Positions 12,106 to 25,832 of a DNA stretch of 64,000 nt are shown here, piece after piece. Both the position numbers and the translations under genes were made by a program. The notes under the pieces were generated by a model. It searched no databases. It was not told where the DNA came from and was given only the letters and a program-made list of their open reading frames with translations. How positions within the stretch are numbered: the stretch's first letter is position 1; every line of letters begins with the position of its first letter. This DNA comes from Octopus sinensis. Taxonomy: Eukaryota. The stretch lies in the NCBI RefSeq assembly GCF_006345805.1, contig NC_043001.1, positions 7,750,001-7,814,000 of the forward strand, written 5' to 3'.

Positions 12106-13255
12106 TATATATATATATATATGGAGAGAGAGAGAGAGAGAGAAAAAGAGAGGTTTGTGTACATACTTGATGGCATGGGAACATCGAAAAATTCTTGAAG
12201 CTAGAGTTTATCTGCCTTTCTTAATGAAACTTTTTAAAGTAGTATATTATTTGATACCACCTGTATTTGTGTAGCACTTTCTTTACTCTAATATGAATGA
12301 CAGTTTCAATGCACGTGCCCCCCCCCCCACACACACACAGACACACACACACATACATACATAAATACTTACATACATTGTTCAATGTTATCATAACTCT
12401 GAAGTAACTAAGACAGGAGCACTTATATTGACACATCACAAAGTGTATTGTCTTAGTTTATTTCATTTGCGACGTGAACCATAGAGAAATTATTTTCCCT
12501 TCAAAATTGCTATTAATTGACTTACAATACGTTGACAAAACACACACTAATTTTCTATAGTCTTAACTATACGCAGATGTTTTATTTCGTATTATTTCTC
12601 CATTATTATTGACAGAAATTTATATTATCGCACCTCACTTTGGAACAATGGAAACTCACATTTATTGTTTCTGTTGCTTACGGGTTTAAAACATTTTTTT
12701 TTTATGTGCATGCAATACAATTATTCAGTGAAAATTAATCAAGGCTTCCCTTTCAAAGAAATTCAACATAATTAATTCTGCAGTGAGTGTCAATGCTGCC
12801 TTTTTTTTATGTTTTCTGTCGGGTGGGTGCTGCGTTGCACAAGTAACTCAATATACATCGATAGCATTCAATGGTGTAGATATAAAATACAAAATTCAGC
12901 AAAAACACAAATTGTATAACAAAACATTTCATTTATGAGAAAAAAAGAATAAGAATTGTGTTTTCACAATATTTTCCTAAACTCAGAAGTGAAAGATGAA
13001 CAGGTTATATGAAGAAGAAATATGACATGCACACGTACCGATGCACGCCAACGAAACATGCACACACACATACACACGCTCAAACACTCACACACATACA
13101 CACACACACATACACACATACACACTGTCTCTCTCACACTCACTCACACACACACACACACAGGTATGTGTGTATTTGTATATATATGGATTTAGATATA
13201 GATTTATGTGTTATCTGCATACTCACCCGTATATGTGTGTGTCTGTCTGTCTATA

Positions 13256-13314
<59 letters not shown>

Positions 13315-14270
13315 GAAAGAGAGAGAGATATTTATATATGCATGCATAAATATATACACCTATATACCTATTGGTATGTATAAAATTATATGTGTCTCTA
13401 TATATTGTATGTATATATATAAATATATACATATATATATGTATGTATATGTACGTATGTATGCACATATCTGCATGTTGGTATATGTGTGCATGCATAA
13501 AAACCCCCCAAATCCATGCATTTACATACTCGCACATAATCACATTCACATACAGGCGCACATAAACGTACGTATGTATATGCATGACAATCCCACTGCG
13601 CAGTTTTCCTGCATTTCAAAATAATAAAGAGTCATCCAAAAAAAATTAGCAAGTAATAGGCAAGTAAAAGTTAATTAATTAGGATAGTGATAATGCTAAA
13701 TTAATTTGAAATTATTCACCATTATTTATTTTAACAAAAGACTTCATTTACCAAATACATAATGGAAGTTAAATAGATTCGTGTACAACAGTATTATCAA
13801 TATTTACATGAGCTTTTCACCCCAATGAAGTGTTGTATTCTCGTTTAATTACAGCAACATTGTACAATTTACAACGCATTGATTTGATATTCTCTGCCAA
13901 CGTAATAAATACTTTCAAAATCATGAATTCTAAATCTATTATCTCTGATAGGATGTAATTAATACCACTCAGCTTTCATAAAGATCCATGTACTATTATA
14001 TTTCAACAAGAATCCTTCGTAATTTTTGTAGTTGTTTTGCTGTTGACGAAATATTTACCTTTCGCTCGACTTCTAATATGAACCTCTTTCGTTAATCACG
14101 ATGATGCATCATATAATTATTACATAATCTTTTTTTTTGTTTTCTTTGTTTCGCTTATCCTTCGAATGCGATTCTTGCTCTTTTCTGTTTTACCATCAGA
14201 TGAATCAGAATACGGTACAGCAAAAATGTTAAGCGTTATTTCTTAAATATTGTTTCGCATCACCTTCATA

Positions 14271-14570
14271 CAGCTCCGTCGGTTCCAGTTGATCCGATCA
14301 ACGGAACACCCTACTCGTACAAGTGGCTGAGCACTCCACAGACAGGTGTACCCTTAACGTATTTCTCGGTGAGATGCAGCCTGACACAGTTTGGCCCTTT
14401 GGAATACAGGTACAACAGAAACCGGAAGAAAGAATGAAAGTTGTGGTGAAAGAATATAGCAATGTTCACCCCACCCCCTGCGGGAACCTAGTGGAGCTTT
14501 AGGTTTTTTCGCTCAATAAATACTCACAACGCAGTGTCTGGGAATCGAAACCGTGATCCCACATCGCATC
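14271..14570 (-). mobile_element. SINE family D
   Basis: Reverse complement homologue of 4614-4986. Confidence 0.78.
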
Positions 14571-15523
14571 ATACTAAGTTACGTATAGGTTCAATCAACA
14601 TTTTCTAACGTTTGACTCAGTGGTTTCGAATACAGCATATAAAATGTGGAACAATATCAATTGTTGAAACGTTTGCCGATTTTGCTTGGGAAGATGCGAA
14701 GCATTCTTTAACAAAATGAAGCAAGAAAAGCTGGATATTTCAAGAATAATTCTAAATGCGGAGGGATAGGAAATGTGCCTTCATTTCACAGTTTCCAAAT
14801 GATTTCACATTTATGAATTAATAATAAATGAAAATTTCTTATAATCACGCCGCCGCTAAATCGCTTATTTGCATATAATTTTCAGAAAAAACGTAAAGCA
14901 AAGTACATTTAATAAATATGGTTTCTTGGCTCTCTGATTTGTTATCCCGAATGCATTCGGAGTTTAATTAGGATGGATTATCAAAAAACTCTTGAAATAT
15001 GATTTTTTTAAAGAATTCCTACGATTCTAAAACGCGGTTGTGGCTAACCAACATATCATTCGTAAGTAGGAATCGCAGAAACAGATCAGATCCTGGATCA
15101 CGCTATGTGTGGAAAATAAGTGTATTGTTGCTCATCTGAACTTTACACGAAAGTCATCTATAGAAAAGTCAGCGTCAACATATTTAGTAAAACCTTCAGT
15201 ATCAAGTAAATCTAACAGGTACAATACTATTTGAATAGCATTCCTCTAATGATTCCTCCTCAACTTAGAGGTCCAGTGGAAAGAAGGATACTTGAAGACG
15301 GAAGGAATATGAAAAGGCCTCGTTTGCAGAGAAACATGGCACAATTACACATGAGGAATATATGGGTAAAATTAAAAGAAATTTTCTAAATCTCCGAAAC
15401 AAATGATATTTGAAATATTCGCTTTTATTATGAAAAATCAAAATATATTGATGTTGAAAATGAATACCATAAAGAAGATATACTCCCGATGAAGTGAATG
15501 TGTGTGATATAGGTAGGATATTA

Positions 15524-15678
15524 TACAGGCGTAACTGTGTGGTAAGAAGCTTACTTCCCAACCACTTGTTTCTCGATTCAGTCCCACTGCGTGGCACCTT
15601 GGGCAAAGGTCTTCTATTATCTCGGGCCAACGAAAGCTTTGTAAGTGGGTATGGTAGACGGAAATTGAAAGAAGCATG

Positions 15679-15680
<2 letters not shown>
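15524..15680 (+). mobile_element. SINE family B, 5' half ending in (TA)n
   Basis: Head tgtgtggtaagaagcttac...cagtcccactgcgtggcaccttgggcaa...ggtagacggaaattgaaagaagc. Confidence 0.85.
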
Positions 15681-15735
<55 letters not shown>

Positions 15736-17008
15736 AACAAGGAGAAAAATGTAGAAGGAATCGGCTTTAAAACAGGTTTAGTGTTTAGAGTTACAAATCT
15801 GGACTATACAACAAGAAAAACGAGGAGAAAAACGAACGAGATGCAGATGGGTTAAAGAATTAGAATGTGAAACAAAATCAAAAATAAGAAATAAAATAGG
15901 AAAAAGAACAATTATGTCACGTATTACCGTAGAGACGTAACGCTAGGTAGAGTAGAATTGACGGAAGGAGAGTAACCTCTTTGATACAGCTGCTTAACCC
16001 TGAGAGAGGGTTTGTTTTCGAAATCACCAAACAAAACTAGGTCACATATTTCCAATCGCTGAAAATTTATGATTTGGAATTCAGCTGTGCGGTAGAATTC
16101 TTAGATCTACAGTGATAAGTGATCTTTCGACTCCCTATAACTTGCATTTCTTTGATTCCTTAACATATGACATGGATGTTTCCCCGATTTTTACACTTGA
16201 TTGTATAAGGCGTGGAGTTCATCTTCAAGTCCCATACGTAGCTAACCAACTCAATAACATTAATTTTGTCCATGACAAATGATAAGTGGTTAGTATATCG
16301 ATGTTTGAAGCAACCTTCGCATAACCCAATGTAATTCTTTTTGGTTTGGTTATCAACAAGCACTGCTACATCTGCAAGTTTCGAAGCTAAAGAGAAATCT
16401 TCTCTAAATCCAAACCCTATAATACCGGGTCAAAAAGGAAGCTATTCAGTGTGTTCTATTAAAAAAAAATGTGTCTAATAAAAATCTTGAGAAACCGCAA
16501 CGAATACATAAATTCGAGGAACAAGATATATTGTGTATGTACAAATTTAAGGAAGTATAACTTGTCGGAATTTAAAAGTACATCACCGGTCACTGAGTAA
16601 ACCATTGACATCTGGTTTACGTCTACTCGACATCGAATTATTGTCACATTCCTTATCTCCCTCGTGGTCTCCGTTTTTGTTTTCCTCTTTACAAACGTCT
16701 CTCGTTTAAACGTTATTTGCTCAACTGACAAACGGAATAAATGGTTATTACGAGCAAGAAACTTTGAGAAGCTGTAATTACAAGATTTCTGGTTACTTTT
16801 AAGATTATCTAAAACTCTCTTAGCAAATCATGAGATTTTCTACTTTAGAAGCATATATATTTGTGTGTGCATGTGCGTGTATATATAAATATGTGTGCGT
16901 ATGTATGTATAGAGCGAGAGAGTGACAGAGAGACAGAGAGAGTGGTGTTATTTTCATATGCAGTTACACAAAAAATTTATATTAAACTGAAGAATTATCA
17001 ATATCACA

Positions 17009-17415
17009 TAGGCGCAGGAGTGGCTGTGTGGTAAGTAGTTTGCTTACCAACCACATGGTTCCGGGTCCAGTCCCACTGCGTGGCATCTTGGGCAAGTGTC
17101 TTCTGCTATAGCCCCGGGCCGACCAATGCCTTGTGAGTGGATTTGGTAGACGGAAACTGAAAGAAGCCTGTCGTATATATGTATATATATATAAGTGTGT
17201 GTGTATGTAATTGTGTGTCTGTGTTTGTCCCCCTAGCATTGCTTGACAACCGATGCTGGTGTGTTTACGTCCCCGTCACTTAGCGGTTCGGCAAAAGGGA
17301 CCGATAGAATAAGTACTGGGCTTACAAAGAATAAGCCCCGGGGTCGATTTGCTCGACTAAAAGGCGGTGCTCCAGCATGGCCGTAGTCAAATGACTGAAA
17401 CAAGTAAAAGAGTAA
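17009..17415 (+). mobile_element. tRNA-derived SINE family B, full length with internal (TA)/(TG) microsatellite
   Basis: Head ggcgcaggagtggctgtgtggtaag, B-box-like gggtccagtccc, central microsatellite and tail gtcaaatgactgaaacaagtaaaagagtaaa. Confidence 0.92.
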
Positions 17416-18699
17416 ACTTTTAGCAGATGATTCTCATTTGAATCTTGCGTGGAGAGGTTGACTTTCATTTCGAAGTTTCAGCTTTGTAATCTTCGTCGCA
17501 ATGTTTACAGACACGCTGACTCTCTCTTTCTCTTTTTCTCTCTCCCACACACAGATTTACACACGCACACACGCACCACACACGCCTACACACATGCAGA
17601 CACGCACTTATATACTATATGTGCGTGTATGTAAATATTAGCTCGCTTAGCATTTACATCGAAAATATGCTTACTGATCAGTGAAAGGAAATAAAGGTCA
17701 TGACTCATGAAACTTGTTTAATAAAACTTTTGACATATTTGAACGCAATGAAAATCATTCCCACTATATTTGGAGAAAAGAAAAATGAGTATTTTATTCA
17801 AATTTATATGAAAACTTAGTGTGTGACACAAAAAATATGTTGTTTGTTGGCGATAAAATTTAGTTTTATAAATTTCATCTGCAAGAAATGTTTTCAATTA
17901 ATGTTTCATATCAAAAGATATGTCGCTATATTTTTTTGTTTATAGGTTTAATGAATGTTAATATTATTCAAATGTAATGAAGGAAATGCAATAACTGGAG
18001 AAGAGCAAGCACAGAAATGTGGTTAAATCACCCGAAGGGTGGTACACTGAACATCATTCACAAATAAAAACATGTTAATTCATTAAATGTTCTATTTTAG
18101 TTTGAAGAAAATATATACCGAAGTAGTAATTGTTAGTGACTATCACAGAGGAGATTTGATATTTTCAAGAATAGAAGAGTTTTCGTTAAAAGCTAATATA
18201 AGTGCGAAGGGGGAAAATGTGGACAAATACGACATATCTATGCGAAGGTTCTGATTTTTCAACATCAGAATCATATTAAAGCATAATCAAACTTGCTTAT
18301 CGGGTGATTAATTTAACAGGAAATTAGTAGGTTTTTCATAAGCAAAAATATATAATGAAATATGATGAACAATTTGGAGAATTTATAAAATGTTTGGTGT
18401 CCTGCATTTACAACGAAGGTAAAGTAAACAAACTCCCTTTTGCATTAAACAAACATCAAATACAATATTTAGACACATGAATTGTTTGTGTTATTTTATT
18501 TTTTTGTCAAGTTATTTTCATTTTAAGAATAAGTTCCTTACCGAATAGATTTTCTGATTAATCGCAAGATCCTAATATATATAATCTTGAATGTTAAGAT
18601 ATAATCTGTACACTCAATGTCCAACATCACAATAGGAAGTTGTGCTCACTTGATAACAACAGCAAAATAATAATATATACACACATATATATATATGGA

Positions 18700-18818
18700 G
18701 ATGTATGTTTGTGTGTCTGTCTGTTTCTCCCACCATCGCTTGACAACGGAAGCTGGTGTGATTACGTCCCTGTAACGCAGCGGTTAGAATAAGTACTAGG
18801 CTTACAAACAAAAATCTA
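18700..18818 (+). mobile_element. SINE family B, 3'-part fragment at the 3' end of the transposase fossil
   Basis: caccatcgcttgacaac..gctggtgtg.ttacgtccc...gaataagtactaggcttacaaa. Confidence 0.75.
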
Positions 18819-18849
18819 TATTGGTTATGAATTAAAAACACACCTATCA

Positions 18850-20508
18850 GTTTAAACAAATTTTGTCCTTCTAAGCCGCTTGTGCGGAGTGTCTTCTTTT
18901 TTTTTATACCCCTGCAGTAGTCTGACAACATGCCAGGTTTCCACTTTCCTTTGAATTGTCGCTCCATCACTGAAATATCCTGATGGAATCTTTCGCCATG
19001 TTCATCCCTCACATCACCAAGATTTTCCGCAAAAAAATCCAAATGAGAGTGAAGCACATGAACTTTTAGAGACATGTTACATCCCATATCATGGTAATGA
19101 CTCAGCAGATCATTCACAACTTACACATAGTCTTATGAACGATGGTTGCTCAGGAAGTTATCGCAAACTTTCTTGAATGACTCAAAGGCAAGCTTCTCTT
19201 TACTCTTGAGATGTGTGATGAAGGTTTCATCAAGTACAATTTTTCGAATTTGGGGCCCTAAGAAGAAACCTTCTTTAATTTTAGTTTGACTCAGGGAAGG
19301 GAACTTTTCTGCAAGATATGCAAATGCAGAGGATTCCTTGTCCAAGGCTTTCACAAATTGCTTAAACAAACTAATTTTAATATGCAAAGGTGGTAAAAAA
19401 ATTTTATCACTTTCCACAAGTTGTTTGTGCATGATGTGTTTTCCTTGCTCAATTTCATCTTGGATCGGCCAATTCTAGCGTACATAATGTTCAGCTTTTG
19501 CTCTGGAATTTCGTAAGCACAGGAAGCAGCAAAATTTAGTATAGCCAAGCTGAAGGCCAGTAAGCATGGCCACAACCTTAAAATCTGCACAAATATGCCA
19601 GGTATGGTCATCATACTGCATGCTTGTCAGAATTGCTTTCAGATTTTTATATGATTCTTTCATGGTTGTGCTATAAGCTATGGGAACAGAAAGCAGAGTG
19701 CTACCATTGTGTAGCAGAACAGCTTTGATGCTGTCCTTGGATGGATCTATGAAAAGTCGCCAGTTGGTTTTATCATATGGTATTTCCAGTTGCTCAAATA
19801 GTTCAGTGATGTCACTACAAAAGCATAAGTCATCCTTCATGGCGAATAATGCAAGCAGATCCTCTGTATGTTTTCTGTACAGTGTTATCTTCACTCCTTT
19901 CTCAAGGAGATTACGTTCTTGAAGCATTGATGCCAGAAACTCACTTTTCTCTTTGGTTAAATAGAGATTCCTGCTCAAGTAATTTAGAGCCTCTTGAGAA
20001 AATGGTATTGGTTTATTCTCGCCTTCTGGATCATTGGGCTCCACACATTCACCACTGGAATGTTCATCAGCACTGCTGGAACTCTGCATTTCTTGATCTG
20101 GAGGTTTGGGCACAGGTAAATTTTCTGAGTGCTCTACAGGGCGCATTGCTGATTGCAAAGTTGGGTAAACAATGTGTTTCCTTTTCTTTGCTGTAGTACA
20201 GCCTATAAAGTCATGGTGACAGAAATAGCAATTATTAGAGTGATCTTTCTGCTTACACCAAATCATTGGCACACCAAACTTCATGTGAATATTTTCCCTG
20301 CATACCAGGCACTCAATGTCTTCACACACGTAAGGCAAAACACATGAGGATCCCATGACTTATCCTGGTCTCCTAAGTAACAATTGAAGTACGCCTTGTA
20401 TATTTTCTTGATATGGCGTGTAATACTGTGCTTTTCTTTAGCAAAAGTCAGTTCCCAACAGATATAACAGAATCTGTTTGGATCATTTTTGCACTGTCTT
20501 GCGCTCAT
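18850..20508 (-). pseudogene. DNA transposase pseudogene, CMC superfamily (Chapaev3-like)
   Basis: Four ORF-track pieces join into one ~550-aa protein. It has an N-terminal Cys-rich region (CKNDPNRFCYIC, HVFCLTC, KDHSNNCYFC), then WRLFID, WHICADFKVV, GYTKFCCFLC, LPPLHIK and HVLHSHLDFF...DEHGERFHQDI. ATG is at 20508. There is one frameshift at ~20295 and in-frame stops at 19475-77, 19133-35 and 19121-23. The family assignment is from motif memory. Confidence 0.82.
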
Positions 20509-21504
20509 TGTTGAAAACGAATAAGATCTGAAAGATAAAAAAATAACATTAAACACAAGCTTTGAATCACATTGTAGGTGTTACTAAGATTGGTCTCTAA
20601 CCCTGGGTTGAAACCTATTTTACAATGCAGTAGAACATTTTATATAATAATAATGACAAAAATGGTATACAGTGACAATTCTGTAGAAACCACGCCTAAT
20701 TCAACAAAAAGAAAAAGATTTCTCATGTGCTTTTGCATATAAAAATGGCCACAGATCACTTGTACTTTTTTGAGTGTTGCACAGGGAAATATATAGCAGC
20801 CGTGATGGAACTGCTAACAATTTCTCCGTGCTTGCTGTGTAACTTTCGTCTGTTATTGATATTGAGTATCCCCTCGCCATATCACGTTTCATCTATCGCT
20901 CACTCAGCACATCGCGGTTCACCTATTGCACACTCAGTACATTGCGAAGTTGTCCAGCTAATGTATGCAAATCTATATCGCGAATCCTTAATACAACCGG
21001 GTTTCTGCGGCCGATAAGTATTTATCATTTCTTAGATTTTAATCATTTCTGTGGACGTAACGTAACTACCCGCGATAGTCGAGGGTTTACTGTATCTCTT
21101 TTCTGTTTCAATGCATTCGTCTATACTGGATACTTTCTGAAAAATGTAATACAGTACTGTCTTTCTTACACAGAATGCTACTTAAATTTATGATTTACAT
21201 AGTGCTGAGTTGACTATCTGAATATGAAATAATAAGCCATTTGCAAATAATAATAAAAACTGAAAATCTTTAAGCAATATGAATTTACATCTTTTGCAAA
21301 ACAAAACAAAGAAAAAAATGAAAAAAATATGAACATGTTAGCAATACAAAAGAAATAATATTGCAATACTTCATAAAGTAATATTTCATTGTATGGGAAA
21401 TGACTGTAGCAGGTGTCTAAAGATAATTGTACAATTCATTAATAATACTCAGTTTACTTGAAGTGGCTGTTTTTATGTGAGTATAAATGGTATTTTTATT
21501 AGAC

Positions 21505-21940
21505 TGGCTCAGTGGTAAGTAGCTTGCTTACCAACTACAGGGTTCCGGGTTCGGTCCCACTGCGTGGCACCATGGACAAGTGTCTTCTGCTATAGACACG
21601 GACTGACCAAAGCCTTGTGAGTGGATTTGGTAGACGGAAATTGAAAGAAGCCCGTCGAATATATATATATATATATGTGTGTGTGCGTGTGCGTGTGTTT
21701 GTGTGTGTGCGTGTGTGTGTATACGTGTGTGTGTGTGTGTGTGTTAGTGTGACTGTGTGTTTTCCCCTAATTTCGCTTGACAACCGATGCTGGTGTGTTT
21801 ACTTCCCCATAACATAGCGTGGTTCGGCAAAAGAGAAGTACTAGGCTTACAAAGAATAAGTCCTGGGGTCGATTTGTTCAACTGAAGGCGGTGCTCCAGC
21901 ATGTCCGCAGTCAAATGACTGAATCAAATTAAAGAATAAA
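21505..21940 (+). mobile_element. SINE family B, near full length
   Basis: Collinear with 17009-17415. Confidence 0.9.
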
Positions 21941-22310
21941 ATAATTCTCTAATATATCTGCAAGACAAAGAAGACCGCATGAGTGCACACACGCACTCAC
22001 AAAAACCCACACACACTCATGAACGCGCGCACACACACACTCAGAGAAAGAAGTGTATCAATGTGTTTCTGTTTTTGTATGTGTGTAATTATGTGGTTAA
22101 TCAGCATGGATGAGATATTCTGGACAGAGCCAAGGCCACAAGATCTGAAGCAACTATGTTCAAGTCACAGACATACCGGGGTCATATGACCGGAGAGGAG
22201 GAACACCTACTTTCCAAAGTGAGGCTACATGGCGAAATTTCCTGTGGTCATATACGAGAGGTTGCTGAAAAATTCATAGCTTTGTTTAAAAGAAAATACA
22301 GGAGGATCTC

Positions 22311-22573
22311 TTTTACTCTTTTACTCTTTTACTTGTTTCAGTCATTTGACTGCGGCCATGCTGGAGCACCGCCTTTAATCGAGCAACTCGACCCCGGGAA
22401 AACATACACGCACACACACATATACATATATATATACGTATATACGACGGGCTTCTTTCAGTTTCCGTCTACCAAATCCACTCACAAGGCTTTGGTCGGC
22501 CCGAGGCTATAGTAGAAGACACTTGCCCAAGGTGCCACGCAGTGGGACTGAACCCGGTACCATGTGGTTGGTC
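22311..22573 (-). mobile_element. SINE family B with internal deletion
   Basis: Reverse complement of the tail and head of 17009-17415, with part of the 3' body missing. Confidence 0.88.
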
Positions 22574-23164
22574 AATTCAACATTTTCTCTCAGATTCACA
22601 CACATATAACAGCCCACCTTCAGATTGTTTTCTAAGCCTTGTAAAATAACACGGAAATCTAGGCCTTCCACCAGGCCTTTCGTGATACCATAAAAACCAG
22701 GAAATTTTCAGCACTTCCCCGCTATATGTATATGTATATGAATATATGTATGGGTGTATGTGTTCGTGTTTTGCACCCCTCTCTCTTTCTCTCTCTGCCT
22801 TTCTGTCTGTTTAGCGCAATATTGCTGAATATTGAAGAAGTTCTTTTCACATTCAGCACCCACGTTTCTGTTCCTTGTCTTTTCGCTATGTTTCTGTATC
22901 AACCTATACATTTGTTATTTTATTCTGCTTTCGACAGAAACTATAGAGACTATTGGTGTCAGGCATGTATTACTTACTCCTTTGCTACAGTTACAGTCAT
23001 ATCTCATGCAGTGTCAACCTGTTATACTTTCAGCCAATTTCAAATTAAAGAAGAAGCAGAATATACCTTTGATAGGACGACTTCTTCCTCAATAGCAGAC
23101 AGCTTAACCCCGAATACACACACAAATACGCATGTCAGAAATAGTTAAAACTAACGCTTTCAAA

Positions 23165-23723
23165 TTTTGTCACAGGGGCAGCAATTTTCGGGGAGGGGAT
23201 GAATCGATTGTATGAACCCCAGTATTCAATTGCTAGTTATTTAATCGACCCCGAAAGGATGAAAGGCAAAGTCGACCTCGGTAGAATTTTAACTCAGTAC
23301 GCAGCAGCAGACGAAATACATATTTCTTAACTACCCACAAGGGGCTAAACGCAGAGAGGACAAACGGATTAACTTGATTACATCGACCCCAGTGCGTAAC
23401 TGGTACTTATTTAATCGATCCCGAAAGTATGAAAGGCAAAGTCGACCTCGGTGGAATTTGAACTCAGAACGTAGCGGCAGACGAGATACCTATTTCTTTA
23501 CTACCCACAAGGGTCTAAACACAGAGAGGACAAATAAGGAGAGGCAAACGGATTAACTCGATTACATCGACCCCAGTGCATAACTGGTACTTATTTAATC
23601 GACCCCGAAAGGATGAAGGGCAAAGTCGACCTCGGTGGAATTTGAACTCAGAACGTAGCGGCAGACGAAATACCGCTAAGCATTTCGCCCGCCGTGCTAA
23701 CGTTTCTGACAGCTCGCCGCCTT
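23165..23723 (-). mobile_element. SINE family C, tandem trimer
   Basis: ttatttaatcgaccccgaaagg recurs at 23237, 23407 and 23591 (periods 170 and 184 bp), with a single head at ~23680-23723. Confidence 0.92.
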
Positions 23724-24191
23724 AGAAATAATTATAACAAATGCAGTTAATTAGAGATTCCTGTTACATTGTCTTTCATTTATTAATAATTACTATTTGT
23801 AGTCTCCGAAAGGTTTAACACAACACATATACATATTGATTTCCAAAAACCGGTTAATAGAATTGCTTAACGATTGCACATGTATTTATATCTGTATTCC
23901 TGTGGGCGCACAAATATCTAATTGAAAAATTATGTTGTCTCTACACACATTCTTTTACTTTTTAGCCTGAGAGAAATGTTCTCTTAATTATTATGCAAGG
24001 CTGGTTTTAATAAATTGAGTAATAGATATTACGTCTTTATGTATGGTTGTGGCGTTCAATCATTCGTGTCCATATGAATATGTGTAAATATGGTTCTACG
24101 TACACACACACATGTGTATATATACACACACACATAGGGCTGTGCATCTATGTATGTGTGCATGTATATATATATATCTATATATACATAC

Positions 24192-24222
<31 letters not shown>

Positions 24223-25387
24223 ATATATTATATATATATATATTATATATATATATATATATATGCGTGTGTATGTATGTTTACATTTGTGTGTGATTGT
24301 GTGTATGAAAGCAGTTACATATATCAGTTTGTTATTATCGTATGTATGTGTGTGTTGGGGGGTTAAGAACTATTTTGTTAGATTTATTTAATAGCTTAAC
24401 ACAACAACACATTACATGCTAAACTTGCATTGGTCTTTAATTGTAGATGAGGTTATATTGATATCAATAGATAGTAAGTAGGTATGTACGTATAGGCGCA
24501 GATGTGTCTATGTGTGTATGTCGACGTATGCGCGGAAGTAATGTGTAAACGGATAAACGAATTAATATATGTGTGTGTATATAAGTCGCATATATACATG
24601 CATAGATGCGTGTGCTAATTTCCTGGCTATTTCGACGGTAAACACCAACATAAATGATAGAAAGTTCTGATATCACTCGTGGGTCATAAATTCAGACAGT
24701 AAAAAAACAGCCTGAGGTGGTTGTAAATGTATCATGATGCGACGATATGTTAACGACAGGCTGTGGTTGTCTTAAACGAGATTAACTTTGTTGACATCAA
24801 AGAGTTAAAATAATCAGTTTTAACTGTTTATCTATTCATTTTTATTTATTGTACCAGACATTCTTAAATGTTTTGATTATATTTTTAGCCATTTTACTAA
24901 AATTCCTCAGAGGCAATATTAAATTCGCGATTTATGTTGAAACATTTCTGGTGAGTTTTGTCTTTTGTTCTTTGACTGTAAATTACTAAAAGTAGTATAA
25001 GTTCGAATGTATATATAGTAGGTAATATCTTACAAATATTTTATATGTTATAATTTATATAATGCCTCAGCAATGCTTCTACTATCGAATCGATATTTCG
25101 AAACACCGCGTGTAAGAAAAGGTATTGTTCATTCAGTTTTCTATGATTCATATTTTTGTATCACCTCTACGTATATCATGGAATTATGGATGTATAGGCG
25201 GTGAAATAGCAAACTAGCTGTATGAGAGCATTTGTTAACCGATAGCCGCAGTCGAGCTTTAGAAAACAAATTACAGGTTTTATACCTATAGTCAATTTCA
25301 ATATTCGCGTGTGCATGCGCACACACAGACATACACACATACGCACACAATTTCTCTCTCAAATACACATATTTGTATAAACATCTC

Positions 25388-25461
<74 letters not shown>

Positions 25462-25540
25462 GGGAGCAAATCCAAACTTACAGGGAAAAATTAAATTTAG
25501 AATTAAATCTAATTTTATAGTATAAATATATATATATATT

Positions 25541-25780
25541 ATATTAAGTTAGAGATAAAACCACTATTAGGCAAATCAAACAGTGAAAATCATAAGCCAA
25601 TACATAGAAACAAAATTAATTAATAAAATATATAAAAAATATAAAAAATAAAATTCCAAATTAAAATATTTAAATGAAAGTTAAGATTAAAAAATTATTT
25701 AAATTAATAATGTAAACTTATAAATATATATATATATATGTTTGATTTGTCTAATAGTAGTTTTATCTCTAATTTAATAT
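25541..25780. repeat. 42-bp inverted repeat among (TA)n tracts
   Basis: 25541-25582 matches the reverse complement of 25739-25780 at 39/42 nt. Confidence 0.85.
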
Positions 25781-25785
25781 ATATA

Positions 25786-25832
<47 letters not shown>

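Noticed and set aside
11794-13624. ORFs rich in IYIY, THTH or RERE (also at ~24047-24391, 27334-27692, 43365-43754, 54399-55456, 58670-58945)
   Set aside because: They are translations of (TA)n, (CA)n and (GA)n microsatellites with no domain content
13720-14200. Possible decayed Helitron Rep or other transposase on the minus strand
   Set aside because: Only a vague resemblance, many stops and no diagnostic motif
18048-20674. cactg (~18048) and cagtg (~20670) as TIRs of the Chapaev-like element
   Set aside because: Only ~11/15 nt match and the flanks give no matching TSD
23237-23723. Regularly spaced repeats resembling a CRISPR array
   Set aside because: The whole ~175-bp unit repeats, so there are no unique spacers. 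The context is eukaryotic and there are no cas genes.
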